Shown piece after piece: positions 48,355 to 61,500 of a stretch of 64,000 nt of DNA. Made by a program: the position numbers and the translations under genes. The stretch covers positions 1-64,000 of the forward strand of contig JAUCBJ010001123.1 of assembly GCA_032718475.1 (NCBI GenBank). Direction: 5' to 3'. The number at the start of each line of letters is the position of its first letter. Within the stretch, counting starts at the first letter, position 1. The notes under the pieces are model-generated. The model was given only the letters and a program-made list of their open reading frames with translations, made no database searches and was not told where the DNA came from. Source of the DNA: Nemertoderma westbladi (Eukaryota; Animalia; Xenacoelomorpha).

Positions 48355-49935
48355 TGCGTTGTTGTACACTTTTACTGGACAAAACAACACAACGCGATAA
48401 GATAATTTAGTACCGCTGAAGTAATTTCAGATTACTACTACAATGAAACGACAATAATAGATTCTAAAGAGTGTTTAGTTTGGGGGGTCCAGTATAGAAA
48501 ATGGGGCTTGGTCTTTTTGGGGTTAAACAAATATGAATGTTTATTTTTCTAACGATTAGACAAAAAGCATAATGTAAATCAACATGACTATCATGTTATC
48601 AAGATGTTATAGTATAACATAAAAACAGTTTTCTGTACGTACGTGCAGTATGTCGTACGGTATGTCATAATAGAAAATGGTTGCCATTGTTGCATATTCC
48701 CGCTACATAGAGTTTGGGCTTTTTAGTGGTCGGTCCTGGAATTCTTGTTCCTATGACAAATGTCAATGGGCTGTTATTGCAAGAACAAATGTACCTATAG
48801 TCAGGGGAACAACGCCTAGTGCCATTATATCGTGTATGGGCTTTCGAATTGTCAGTATTACCGTACTGTACTACCACAGCAACACTCGCAAACAGGTTGT
48901 TATCTGTCACTTTAGTAAATTTGTAGACTCCCAAACAATACGAATACCCCCCCCCCCCCCCCCCCCCCCCCCCAGATAAAAAATATTTAATGTCAATAAT
49001 ACAAAATGTGTGTTATGCCAAAATACAATATAAAATTATATAATATAAAATATAAAATTAACCATTATCTGGAGCAGGCTAACCGAGCCCCACAGCTGTG
49101 CCCGGTGTGGCAAGGATGTTCTGTTCAGTTTAACTCGCTGTTTATCCTGGTCATTTTACCTGAATCATTTTGACCCATAAATTTGTTAAATTTGTTAAAA
49201 ATATTTTCTGACATTGCAAAAATCATATTGGGAGCTATTCTGGTCCTTCAATCGAAAAGTAGAAGTAAAAATAAATTCAAACTGTTAAATTTTGCCTTTG
49301 GTTAGTTACTTCTGAAGATATACTTGTTTTCAAGGTCGGTGAAGACGATACAATTCGTTAAATATCGTTTATATCCAATAAACCGTCATATACCGCAAAT
49401 AAAAATTGTTGTAAATTTATTTTAATATATTAAATAGTGAGCCATAAAATCTTTTAAAAATGTAGCCTCGAAAAAGCTACATATACAGTATATAGCACAT
49501 ATATACACATATAGTACATATATAGCACATAGCTACAGCATATAAATCTGGCTCCAATATAAGATGCTGCTTTACTCAATGTTAAATAATAGTGTTCTAG
49601 AATATTTATTACGTAACTAGAGAGCCGCTTAACAACAACATAAACCAATATTGGATATTGAGTTCCGTTTTGGAGTTCGCCTTGCAGACACTGTGAGTAC
49701 CAAATAACTTTGAATGTGTGCATGGATTTTGCTCAAATTACGTGCAAATATTTTCTAGTTGATTCTCTTTTAACATATGTTATAAAATTTAAGAAATTCT
49801 ACCCACCGGGGAAAAAGTAAAATCAATGCAATTCTATGAGTTACATTTTTTCCTGAAACTATTTAGAAAAACTCCTGATTTTGGTGTATAAAGTAACAAT
49901 TTAATTCAATTTAATAATTTAACAAAATCTATCTA

Positions 49936-50193
49936 TCCGCGGGAGGCCGTACTGCGGAGGAAGTGGAATCTCTAAAGATCCGCAAGTATCAGGAACTCAT
50001 GGACCGGGGCTACCTCTTCCACCCGGTAGCCTACGAGACCTTGGGCCGCCCCGGCCCTGAAACATCCGAGTTCCTGAAGGAGATCGGGGCCAGACTCCAC
50101 TCTGTCACCCAAGAGCCCCGATCTCACCGCTTCCTCCTGCAGAGGCTGGCCATCGCCATCCTAGTCGGCAACGCGGCCTCCATCATAGGGACT
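49936..50193 (+). pseudogene. C-terminal fragment of an RLE-type (CRE-like) non-LTR retrotransposon
   Basis: GC-rich island encoding KIRKYQEL...FHPVAYETLG...FLLQRLAIAILVGNAASIIGT; cut off by adapter sequence. Confidence 0.75.
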
Positions 50194-50246
50194 AGTACTC
50201 TGCGTTGATACCACTGCTTTAAGCAGTGGTATCAACGCAGAGTACT
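50194..50246. other. Back-to-back SMART/ultra-low-input amplification adapter (technical artefact)
   Basis: AGTACTCTGCGTTGATACCACTGCTT-T-AAGCAGTGGTATCAACGCAGAGTACT. Confidence 0.97.
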
Positions 50247-50340
50247 GCAGCCTTCACTTCTGCAAAGGAGATATCGCCAATGGGAATATCTGGGAGTACA
50301 GACTCAGACACTTTTACTTCTATAAAGTTATCAGTATAGT

Positions 50341-53300
50341 ATAGCCATACAACTGTGAAAGTGAAAGTTAGTTATTGCATACGGAATAGCCATACAACTG
50401 TGAAAGTGAAAGTTAGTTATTGCATACGGAATAGCCATACAACTCTGAAAGTGAAAGTTAGTTATTACATACGGAATAGCCATACAACTGTGAAAGTGAA
50501 AGTTAGTTATTGCATACGGAATAGCCATACAACTGTGAAAGTGAAAGTTAGTTATTACATACGGAATAGCCATACAACTGTGAAAGTGAAAGTTAGTTAT
50601 TGCAAACGGAATAGCCATACAACTGTGAAAGTGAAAGTTAGTTATTGCATACGGAATAGCCATACAACTGTGAAAGTGAAAGTTAGTTATTGCATACGGA
50701 ATAGCCATCCAACTGTGAAAGTGAAAGTTAGTTATTGCATACGGAATAGCCATACAACTGTGAAAGTGAAAGTTAGTTATTGCATACGGAATAGCCATAC
50801 AACTGTGAAAGTGAAAGTTAGTTATTGCATACGGAATAGCCATACAACTGTGAAAGTGAAAGTTAGTTATTGCATACGGAATAGCCATCCAACTGTGAAA
50901 GTGAAAGTTAGTTATTGCATACGGAATAGCCATCCAACTGTGAAAGTGAAAGTTAGTTATTGCATACGGAATAGCCATACAACTGTGAAAGTGAAAGTTA
51001 GTTATTACATACGGAATAGCCATACAACTGTGAAAGTGAAAGTTAGTTGTTGTATACGGAATAGCCATACAACTGTGAAAGTGAAAGTTAGTTATTGCAT
51101 ACGGAATAGCCATACAACTGTGAAAGTGAAAGTTAGTTATTGCATACGGAATAGCCATCCAACTGTGAAAGTGAAAGTTAGTTATTGCATACGGAATAGC
51201 CATACAACTGTGAAAGTGAAAGTTAGTTATTACATACGGAATAGCCATACAACTGTGAAAGTGAAAGTTAGTTATTGTATACGGAATAGCGATACAACTG
51301 TGAAAGTGAAAGTTAGTTATTGCGTACGGAATAGCCATACAACTGTGAAAGTGAAAGTTCGTTATTGCATACGGAATTGCCATACAACTGTGAAAGTGAA
51401 AGTTAGTTATTGCATACGGAATAGCCATACAACTGTGAAAGTGAAGGATAGTTATTGCATACGGAATAGCCATACAACTGTGAAAGTGAAAGTTAGTTAT
51501 TGCACACGGAATAGCCATACAACTGTGAAAGTTAGTTATTGCATACGGAATAGCCATACAACTGTGAAAGTGAAAGTTAGTTATTGCATACGGAATAGCC
51601 ATACAACTGTGAAAGTTAGTTAATGCATACGGAATAGCCATACAACTGTGAAAGTTAGTTATTGCATACGGAATAGCCATCCAACTGTGAAAGTGAAAGT
51701 TAGTTATTGCATACGGAATAGCCATACAACTGTGAAAGTGAAAGTTAGTTATTACATACGGAATAGCCATACAACTGTGAAAGTGAAAGTTAGTTATTGT
51801 ATACGGAATAGCCATACAACTGTGAAAGTGAAAGTTAGTTATTGCATACGGAATAGCCATACAACTGTGAAAGTGAAAGTTAGTTATTGCGTACGGAATA
51901 GCCATACAACTGTGAAAGTGAAAGTTCGTTATTGCATACGGAATTGCCATACAACTGTGAAAGTGAAAGTTAGTTATTGCATACGGAATAGCCATACAAC
52001 TGTGAAAGTGAAAGATAGTTATTGCATACGGAATAGCCATACAACTGTGAAAGTTAGTTATTGCACACGGAATAGCCATACAACTGTGAAAGTGAAAGTT
52101 AGTTATTGCATACGGAATAGCCATACAACTGTGAAAGTTAGTTATTGCATACGGAATAGCCATACAACTGTGAAAGTGAAAGTTAGTTATTGCATACGGA
52201 ATAGCCATACAACTGTGAAAGTGAAAGTTAGTTATTGCACACGGAATAGCCATACAACTGTGAAAGTGAAAGTTAGTTATTGCATACGGAATAGCCATAC
52301 AACTGTGAAAGTGAAAGATAGTTATTGCATACGGAATAGCCATACAACTGTGAAAGTGAAAGTTAGTTATTGCACACGGAATAGCCATACAACTGTGAAA
52401 GTGAAAGTTAGTTATTGCATACGGAATAGCCATACAACTGTGAAAGTTAGTTATTGCATACGGAATAGCCATACAACTGTGAAAGTGAAAGTTAGTTATT
52501 GCATACGGAATAGCCATACAACTGTGAATGTGAAAGTTAGTTATTTCATACGGAATAGCCATACAACTGTGAAAGTGAAAGTTCGTTATTGCATACGGAA
52601 TAGCCATACAACTGTGAAAGAGAAAGTTAGTTATTGCATACGGAATAGCCATACAACTGTGAAAGTGAAAGTTAGTTATTGCATACGGAATAGCCATACA
52701 ACTGTGAAAGAGAAAGTTAGTTATTGCATACGGAATAGCCATACAACTGTGAAAGTGAAAGTTAGTTATTGCATACGGAATAGGCATACAACTGTGAAAG
52801 TGAAAGTTCGTTATTGCATACGGAATAGCCATACAACTGTGAAAGAGAAAGTTAGTTATTGCATACGGAATAGCCATACAACTGTGAAAGTGAAAGTTAG
52901 TTATTGCATACGGAATAGCCATACAACTGTGAAAGAGAAAGTTAGTTATTGCATACGGAATAGCCATACAACTGTGAAAGTGAAAGTTCGTTATTGCATA
53001 CGGAATAGCCATACAACTGTGAAAGTGAAAGTTAGTTATTTCATACGGAATAGCCATACAACTGTGAAAGAGAAAGTTAGTTATTGCATACGGAATAGCC
53101 ATACAACTGTGAAAGTGAAAGTTAGTTATTGCACACGGAATAGCCATACAACTGTGAAAGTGAAAGTTAGTTATTGCATACGGAATAGCCATACAACTGT
53201 GAAAGTGAAAGATAGTTATTGCATACGGAATAGCCATACAACTGTGAAAGTGAAAGTTAGTTATTGCACACGGAATAGCCATACAACTGTGAAAGTGAAA

Positions 53301-56300
53301 GTTAGTTATTGCATACGGAATAGCCATACAACTGTGAAAGTTAGTTATTGCATACGGAATAGCCATACAACTGTGAAAGTGAAAGTTAGTTATTGCATAC
53401 GGAATAGCCATACAACTGTGAATGTGAAAGTTAGTTATTTCATACGGAATAGCCATACAACTGTGAAAGTGAAAGTTCGTTATTGCATACGGAATAGCCA
53501 TACAACTGTGAAAGAGAAAGTTAGTTATTGCATACGGAATAGCCATACAACTGTGAAAGTGAAAGTTAGTTATTGCATACGGAATAGCCATACAACTGTG
53601 AAAGAGAAAGTTAGTTATTGCATACGGAATAGCCATACAACTGTGAAAGTGAAAGTTAGTTATTGCATACGGAATAGGCATACAACTGTGAAAGTGAAAG
53701 TTCGTTATTGCATACGGAATAGCCATACAACTGTGAAAGAGAAAGTTAGTTATTGCATACGGAATAGCCATACAACTGTGAAAGTGAAAGTTAGTTATTG
53801 CATACGGAATAGCCATACAACTGTGAAAGAGAAAGTTAGTTATTGCATACGGAATAGCCATACAACTGTGAAAGTGAAAGTTCGTTATTGCATACGGAAT
53901 AGCCATACAACTGTGAAAGTGAAAGTTAGTTATTTCATACGGAATAGCCATACAACTGTGAAAGAGAAAGTTAGTTATTGCATACGGAATAGCCATACAA
54001 CTGTGAAAGTGAAAGTTAGTTATTGCATACGGAATAGCCATACAACTGTGAAAGTGAAAGTTAGTTATTGAATACGGAATAGCCATACAACTCTGAAAGT
54101 GAAAGTTAGTTATTGCATACGGAATAGCCATACAACTGTGAAAGTGAAAGTTAGTTATTTCATACGGAATAGCCATACAACTGTGAAAGAGAAAGTTAGT
54201 TATTGCATACGGAATAGCCATACAACTGTGAAAGTGAAAGTTAGTTATTGCATACGGAATAGCCATACAACTGTGAAAGTGAAAGTTAGTTATTTCATAC
54301 GGAATAGCCATACAACTGTGAAAGTGAAAGTTAGTTATTGCATACGGAATAGCCATACAACTGTGAAAGTGAAAGTTAGTTATTTCATACGGAATAGCCA
54401 TACAACTGTGAAAGTGAAAGTTAGTTATTGCATACGGAATAGCCATACAACTGTGAAAGTGAAAGTTAGTTATTTCATACGGAATAGCCATACAACTGTG
54501 AAAGTGAAAGTTAGTTATTGCATACGGAATAGCCATACAACTGTGAAAGTGAAAGTTAGTTATTTCATACGGAATAGCCATACAACTGTGAAAGTGAAAG
54601 TTAGTTATTACATACGGAATAGCCATACAACTGTGAAAGTGAAAGTTAGTTATTGCATACGGAATAGCCATACAACTCTGAAAGTGAAAGTTAGTTATTG
54701 CATACGGAATAGCCATACATACAATTCTGAAAGTGAAAGTTAGTTATTGCATACGGAATAGCCATACAACTGTGAAAGTGAAAGTTAGTTATTGCATACG
54801 GAATAGCCATACAACTGTGAAAGTGAAAGTTAGTTATTGCATACGGAATAGCCATACAACTCTGAAAGTGAAAGTTAGTTATTGCATACGGAATAGCCAT
54901 ACATACAATTCTGAAAGTGAAAGTTAGTTATTGCACACGGAATAGCCATACAACTGTGAAAGTGAAAGTTAGTTATTGCATACGGAATAGCCATACAACT
55001 GTGAAAGTGAAAGATAGTTATTGCATACGGAATAGCCATACAACTGTGAAAGTGAAAGTTAGTTATTGCACACGGAATAGCCATACAACTGTGAAAGTGA
55101 AAGATAGTTATTGCATACGGAATAGCCATACAACTCTGAAAGTGAAAGTTAGTTATTGCATACGGAATAGCCATACAACTGTGAAAGTGAAAGTTAGTTA
55201 TTGCATACGGAATAGCCATACAACTCTGAAAGTGAAAGTTAGTTATTGCATACGGAATAGCCATACAACTGTGAAAGTGAAAGTTAGTTATTGCATACGG
55301 AATAGCCATACAACTCTGAAAGTGAAAGTTAGTTATTGCATACGGAATAGCCATACATACAATTCTGAAAGTGAAAGTTAGTTATTGCACACGGAATAGC
55401 CATACAACTGTGAAAGTGAAAGTTAGTTATTGCATACGGAATAGCCATACAACTGTGAAAGTGAAAGATAGTTATTGCATACGGAATAGCCATACAACTG
55501 TGAAAGTGAAAGTTAGTTATTGCACACGGAATAGCCATACAACTGTGAAAGTGAAAGTTAGTTATTGCATACGGAATAGCCATACAACTGTGAAAGTTAG
55601 TTATTGCATACGGAATAGCCATACAACTGTGAAAGTGAAAGTTAGTTATTGCATACGGAATAGCCATACAACTGTGAAAGTGAAAGTTAGTTATTTCATA
55701 CGGAATAGCCATACAACTGTGAAAGTGAAAGTTCGTTATTGCATACGGAATAGCCATACAACTGTGAAAGTGAAAGTTAGTTATTGCATACGGAATAGCC
55801 ATACAACTGTGAAAGTGAAAGTTCGTTATTGCATACGGAATAGCCATACAACTGTGAAAGAGAAAGTTAGTTATTGCATACGGAATAGCCATACAACTGT
55901 GAAAGTGAAAGTTAGTTATTGCATACGGAATAGCCATACAACTGTGAAAGAGAAAGTTAGTTATTGCATACGGAATAGCCATACAACTGTGAAAGTGAAA
56001 GTTCGTTATTGCATACGGAATAGCCATACAACTGTGAAAGTGAAAGTTAGTTATTTCATACGGAATAGCCATACAACTGTGAAAGTGAAAGTTAGTTATT
56101 GCATACGGAATAGCCATACAACTGTGAAAGTGAAAGATAGTTATTGCATACGGAATAGCCATACAACTGTGAAAGTGAAAGTTAGTTATTGCACACGGAA
56201 TAGCCATACAACTGTGAAAGTGAAAGTTAGTTATTGCATACGGAATAGCCATACAACTGTGAAAGTTAGTTATTGCATACGGAATAGCCATACAACTGTG

Positions 56301-58259
56301 AAAGTGAAAGTTAGTTATTGCATACGGAATAGCCATACAACTGTGAAAGTGAAAGTTAGTTATTGCACACGGAATAGCCATACAACTGTGAAAGTGAAAG
56401 TTAGTTATTGCATACGGAATAGCCATACAACTGTGAAAGTGAAAGATAGTTATTGCATACGGAATAGCCATACAACTGTGAAAGTGAAAGTTAGTTATTG
56501 CACACGGAATAGCCATACAACTGTGAAAGTGAAAGTTAGTTATTGCATACGGAATAGCCATACAACTGTGAAAGTTAGTTATTGCATACGGAATAGCCAT
56601 ACAACTGTGAAAGTGAAAGTTAGTTATTGCATACGGAATAGCCATACAACTGTGAAAGTGAAAGTTAGTTATTGCGTACGGAATAGCCATACAACTGTGA
56701 AAGTGAAAGTTCGTTATTGCATACGGAATTGCCATACAACTGTGAAAGTGAAAGTTAGTTATTGCATACGGAATAGCCATACAACTGTGAAAGTGAAAGT
56801 TAGTTATTGCATACGGAATAGCCATACAACTGTGAAAGTGAAAGTTAGTTATTGAATACGGAATAGCCATACAACTCTGAAAGTGAAAGTTAGTTATTGA
56901 ATACGGAATAGCCATACAACTCTGAAAGTGAAAGTTAGTTATTGCATACGGAATAGCCATACAACTGTGAAAGTGAAAGTTAGTTATTGAATACGGAATA
57001 GCCATACAACTCTGAAAGTGAAAGTTAGTTATTGAATACGGAATAGCCATACAACTCTGAAAGTGAAAGTTAGTTATTGCATACGGAATAGCCATACAAC
57101 TGTGAAAGAGAAAGTTAGTTATTGCATACGGAATAGCCATACAACTGTGAAAGTGAAAGTTCGTTATTGCATACGGAATAGCCATACAACTGTGAAAGTG
57201 AAAGTTAGTTATTTCATACGGAATAGCCATACAACTGTGAAAGTGAAAGTTAGTTATTGCATACGGAATAGCCATACAACTGTGAAAGTGAAAGTTAGTT
57301 ATTGCATACGGAATAGCCATACAACTCTGAAAGTGAAAGTTAGTTATTGCATACGGAATAGCCATACAACTGTGAAAGAGAAAGTTAGTTATTGCATACG
57401 GAATAGCCATACAACTGTGAAAGTGAAAGTTAGTTATTGCAATGGAATAGCCATACAACTGTGAAAGTGAAAGTTAGTTATTGCATACGGAATAGCCATA
57501 CAACTGTGAAAGTGAAAGTTCGTTATTGCATACGGAATAGCCATACAACTGTGAAAGAGAAAGTTAGTTATTGCATACGGAATAGCCATACAACTGTGAA
57601 AGTGAAAGTTAGTTATTGCATACGGAATAGCCATACAACTGTGAAAGAGAAAGTTAGTTATTGCATACGGAATAGCCATACAACTGTGAAAGTGAAAGTT
57701 CGTTATTGCATACGGAATAGCCATACAACTGTGAAAGTGAAAGTTAGTTATTTCATACGGAATAGCCATACAACTGTGAAAGAGAAAGTTAGTTATTGCA
57801 TACGGAATAGCCATACAACTGTGAAAGTGAAAGTTAGTTATTGCATACGGAATAGCCATACAACTGTGAAAGTGAAAGTTAGTTATTGAATACGGAATAG
57901 CCATACAACTCTGAAAGTGAAAGTTAGTTATTGCATACGGAATAGCCATACAACTGTGAAAGTGAAAGTTAGTTATTTCATACGGAATAGCCATACAACT
58001 GTGAAAGAGAAAGTTAGTTATTGCATACGGAATAGCCATACAACTGTGAAAGTGAAAGTTAGTTATTTCATACGGAATAGCCATACAACTGTGAAAGTGA
58101 AAGTTAGTTATTGCATACGGAATAGCCATACAACTGTGAAAGTGAAAGTTAGTTATTTCATACGGAATAGCCATACAACTGTGAAAGTGAAAGTTAGTTA
58201 TTGCATACGGAATAGCCATACAACTGTGAAAGTGAAAGTTAGTTATTTCATACGGAATA
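50341..58259. repeat. 45-bp satellite (~175 units; 39-bp and 49-bp variants)
   Basis: Unit atagccatacaactgtgaaagtgaaagttagttattgcatacgga. Confidence 0.99.
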
Positions 58260-58560
58260 ATAATAATAATAATAATAATTTCTTTTTATTCGCAAAAACT
58301 CCGCAACAAGTTAAAAAACCGCACAGAGGCAGCCTAACAGAATAAGATCCCATTATAGCTGATTATTACGCGAATAAAGCGTCACAACCTACGATTTAAT
58401 TTGTACTATAAAATTAACAGTTTTAGTACTCAACTAATCTATAATAATGTACTGTACAATATGTACACAGTACCTTAAGCACAAACTTCGATCAAACTCG
58501 TTAGCCAGCTGTCTCCGGCATATATTTGTTTAAATTTATAGTCATATTAGTGTGTTTAAT

Positions 58561-61500
58561 TTATGTTATGTCGTCACGTGAGTACATTTTGTAAAATTCC
58601 TTCTTTAGTTTATTTGTAAATTTGCTATATGACTTTGTTTCGCGAATATTTAAATTTAGAGAATTCCACAGTCTCGTACAACTAACCATCACGCTGTTGT
58701 ATCCAAATTTTGTTTTTGGTACTTTGATACGGAATGTTCTTTTATTTATGTTTTTATTTTGCTTTTTAGAATTTTTAAGGAAAGCAATACTTAGATTTTT
58801 AAATGGTGTTGATAAATCGAAAAAATATTTAAAGAAGTATTTTAGTACGTAGAAATTTCTAAGTGCTTGTAAGTGGGGTAATTTTGCCTTAGTGCGTAAT
58901 TCTGTCCCAGTGGCATCTCTGATTTTTTTGCAGTAGACAGTGCGTAGCCCGTAGTTTTGAATTTTATCTAGCCCGTAAAGTAATTCTTTGTACCCGTGTG
59001 TCATATGTAGTGGTGTAATAATTTCACAGCAGTAATTATGTAGTGGTAGGACAGTAGCCTTATACACTGTTAGTTTCGTGTTAGTAGGTAATTGACCTTT
59101 AATAAGTCTTAAACATGATACTGCATGGGTCATTTTCTCAGCAATCAATTTTATTTGTGGCTTCCAAGTAATTTTATTATCAATTATTATTCCTAGGTAT
59201 TTAAATTGCGAGCTCTGTTTAACGGTTGCTTTTCCTATGTGCAGGTTAATTTTTTCTATCTCATTTGTTCTAGAATGTGGAGTTATTAAAATAAATTCAG
59301 TTTTTTCGGGATTTAGTTGCATTTTTAAACTTGAAAAGGTACTATCTATTTTTAATATACGACTTGATAAAGTTTGGGTAGCAGCGATCGGATCCGGTCC
59401 TGATGCAAAGATGAGAGTGTCGTCAGCGTATTGAATGATGTTAAGGTCTTCAGATTCAGCAATTTCGTTGACGTATATGAGGAACATAAGAGGTCCCAAA
59501 AGTGTTCCTTGCGGAATTCCCCGTTCAGTCTGTTCCCAACTGGAGAAGTTACCGTTGAGCTTAACCCTTTGTTTTCGTTGGCAAAGGTAGTCTTTCATTA
59601 GGGAGACAGCAGTCGAATGGAGACCAATTTCTTTTAATTTTAGAAGAAGAATATGATGATTCAACGAATCGAAAGCCTTACTTAGATCTAGTGAAGCTAC
59701 AGCCACGTGATTTCCTTCGTCAAGTTTTGATCGCCAATTCTCAGTTGCGTATATAATCGCATCCTTAGTAGAAAAAGATTTCCGAAAACCAAACTGTTTG
59801 CTAGGGAGTAGTTTATTTTTTGTTATGTATGTGATTAATTGTATATAGATGACACGCTCATATATTTTTGCAAATGAGGAAGTTACAGAAATAGGTCTAT
59901 AATTTTCAGGTATTTCTTTGTCTCCTTTTTTGTACACCGGGGTTACTTCTGCTAATTTAAGTCTATCAGGGAATTGAGATTTAGTTATAGATTGGTTAAT
60001 TAAATGAGTCATGATAAATATTATTTTAGGGGAAATTAATTTTATTATTTTCGGGGGCACCTTTGAAGGACCAGGCGATTTATTCTCATTAAGTTTTGAG
60101 ATTATATCGGAAACAGTAATCGCATCAATGTTTTTGAAACTGAAATTGTTAATTAAATCTTGATGTTTTTTACTTGGTTCATACGGAATGTCCTGTAGTC
60201 CCAGAAAATTTCCTAGATTTAGATACGTTTTGTTAAACAATGATGCCATTGCTATTGGTTTGTTTATTATCCTTTTTAATTTTTCATCCCGTAAGGAGTG
60301 AATTTTGCACGATGGACTCTCTTTATTGAGAATGTTATTTATAATTTTCCACTTTTTACGGGATGAGCTTTCAGAAATGAATTTAGATTTTATAAACTTG
60401 TTCTTAGCAGCCCTATTTGCATTATTAAATTTGTTCCTATTAAATTTGAAAATACCAAAATCTGAATCCAGTTTAGTCCTACGCCAATTTACCATTGACT
60501 GTGATTTTTTATTTTGCAGTTCTTCCAATTTATCGTTCCACCATGGGCGGTTAGTATTTTTATTGTTTTGGTTATGGCGTTGTTTCATTAGTTTTCTTTT
60601 AATCGGGGCATGTTTTTCAATAATTTTTTCTAACACATCTTCAAATAAATTAAAAGCTAAGTTTATATCATTATGCTGATAAACGTTAGTCCAATCTATT
60701 TTATTTATATCTGACAAAAACATTTTTTCTGAGAAACTACTGTAGTCCCTATAAGATACCCAGTTGCCAGTGTTGGACGCGTTCATTTTGTTTAGTTTAG
60801 AATTTATCTTAAATGTTACGAATTCATGATCTGAGAAGTAACATGGAAATGTGTTGCTCTCCGTTCTATCTAATGAAAACGAAGTAATAAAAAGGTCCAA
60901 CAGGGTGTCAATTGTTTTGCCATAACGTGTAGGATTCTTTTCATCAGCTATAGAGAGTCCATATTGGCCCAAGATTGTTTTAAAATCTTCAACTTTTTTA
61001 TCGGTGGAATTTAATATATTTATATTAAAATCTCCCATTATCACAATTTTCTTACTCGTAGAATTAATAGCACTTTCTAGTTCATCATTAAATTGATTTA
61101 TGAAGAGTGATGAATTTTTTGGTGGGCTGTATACTAGCCCAACAATAAATTCATTACTAACTTCTATCCAAATTGAATCATATTTATTTGTAGTTTTGGT
61201 TAATTTAATATCTGCTCGTACTTGATGATTAACACTGTCGGGTATATAGATAAGTACACCTCCCCCCTTTTTATTACGTCTATCAGCTCGATATAAATTG
61301 TAGCCAGCCAACTTGACACTTCTATTTGGTACGTTTTTTTTAAGCCATGACTCAGTCACACCTATAATTAGATTGTCATCTATACTGGTTAATATGTCTT
61401 TTAATTCCGAGTAGTTTTTGACGATACTTCTGGCATTTAAAAGTAAAAATTTGGTTTGGTTTTTATTTTCTAGCAAGTAGTCTCTCACATTATTTAGATG

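Noticed and set aside
50194-50246. Perfect 53-bp palindrome as a biological hairpin
   Set aside because: It is a synthetic adapter sequence
50331-58345. Long His/Cys-rich ORFs in the 45-bp array
   Set aside because: Same artefact; overlapping ORFs on both strands with no unique domain
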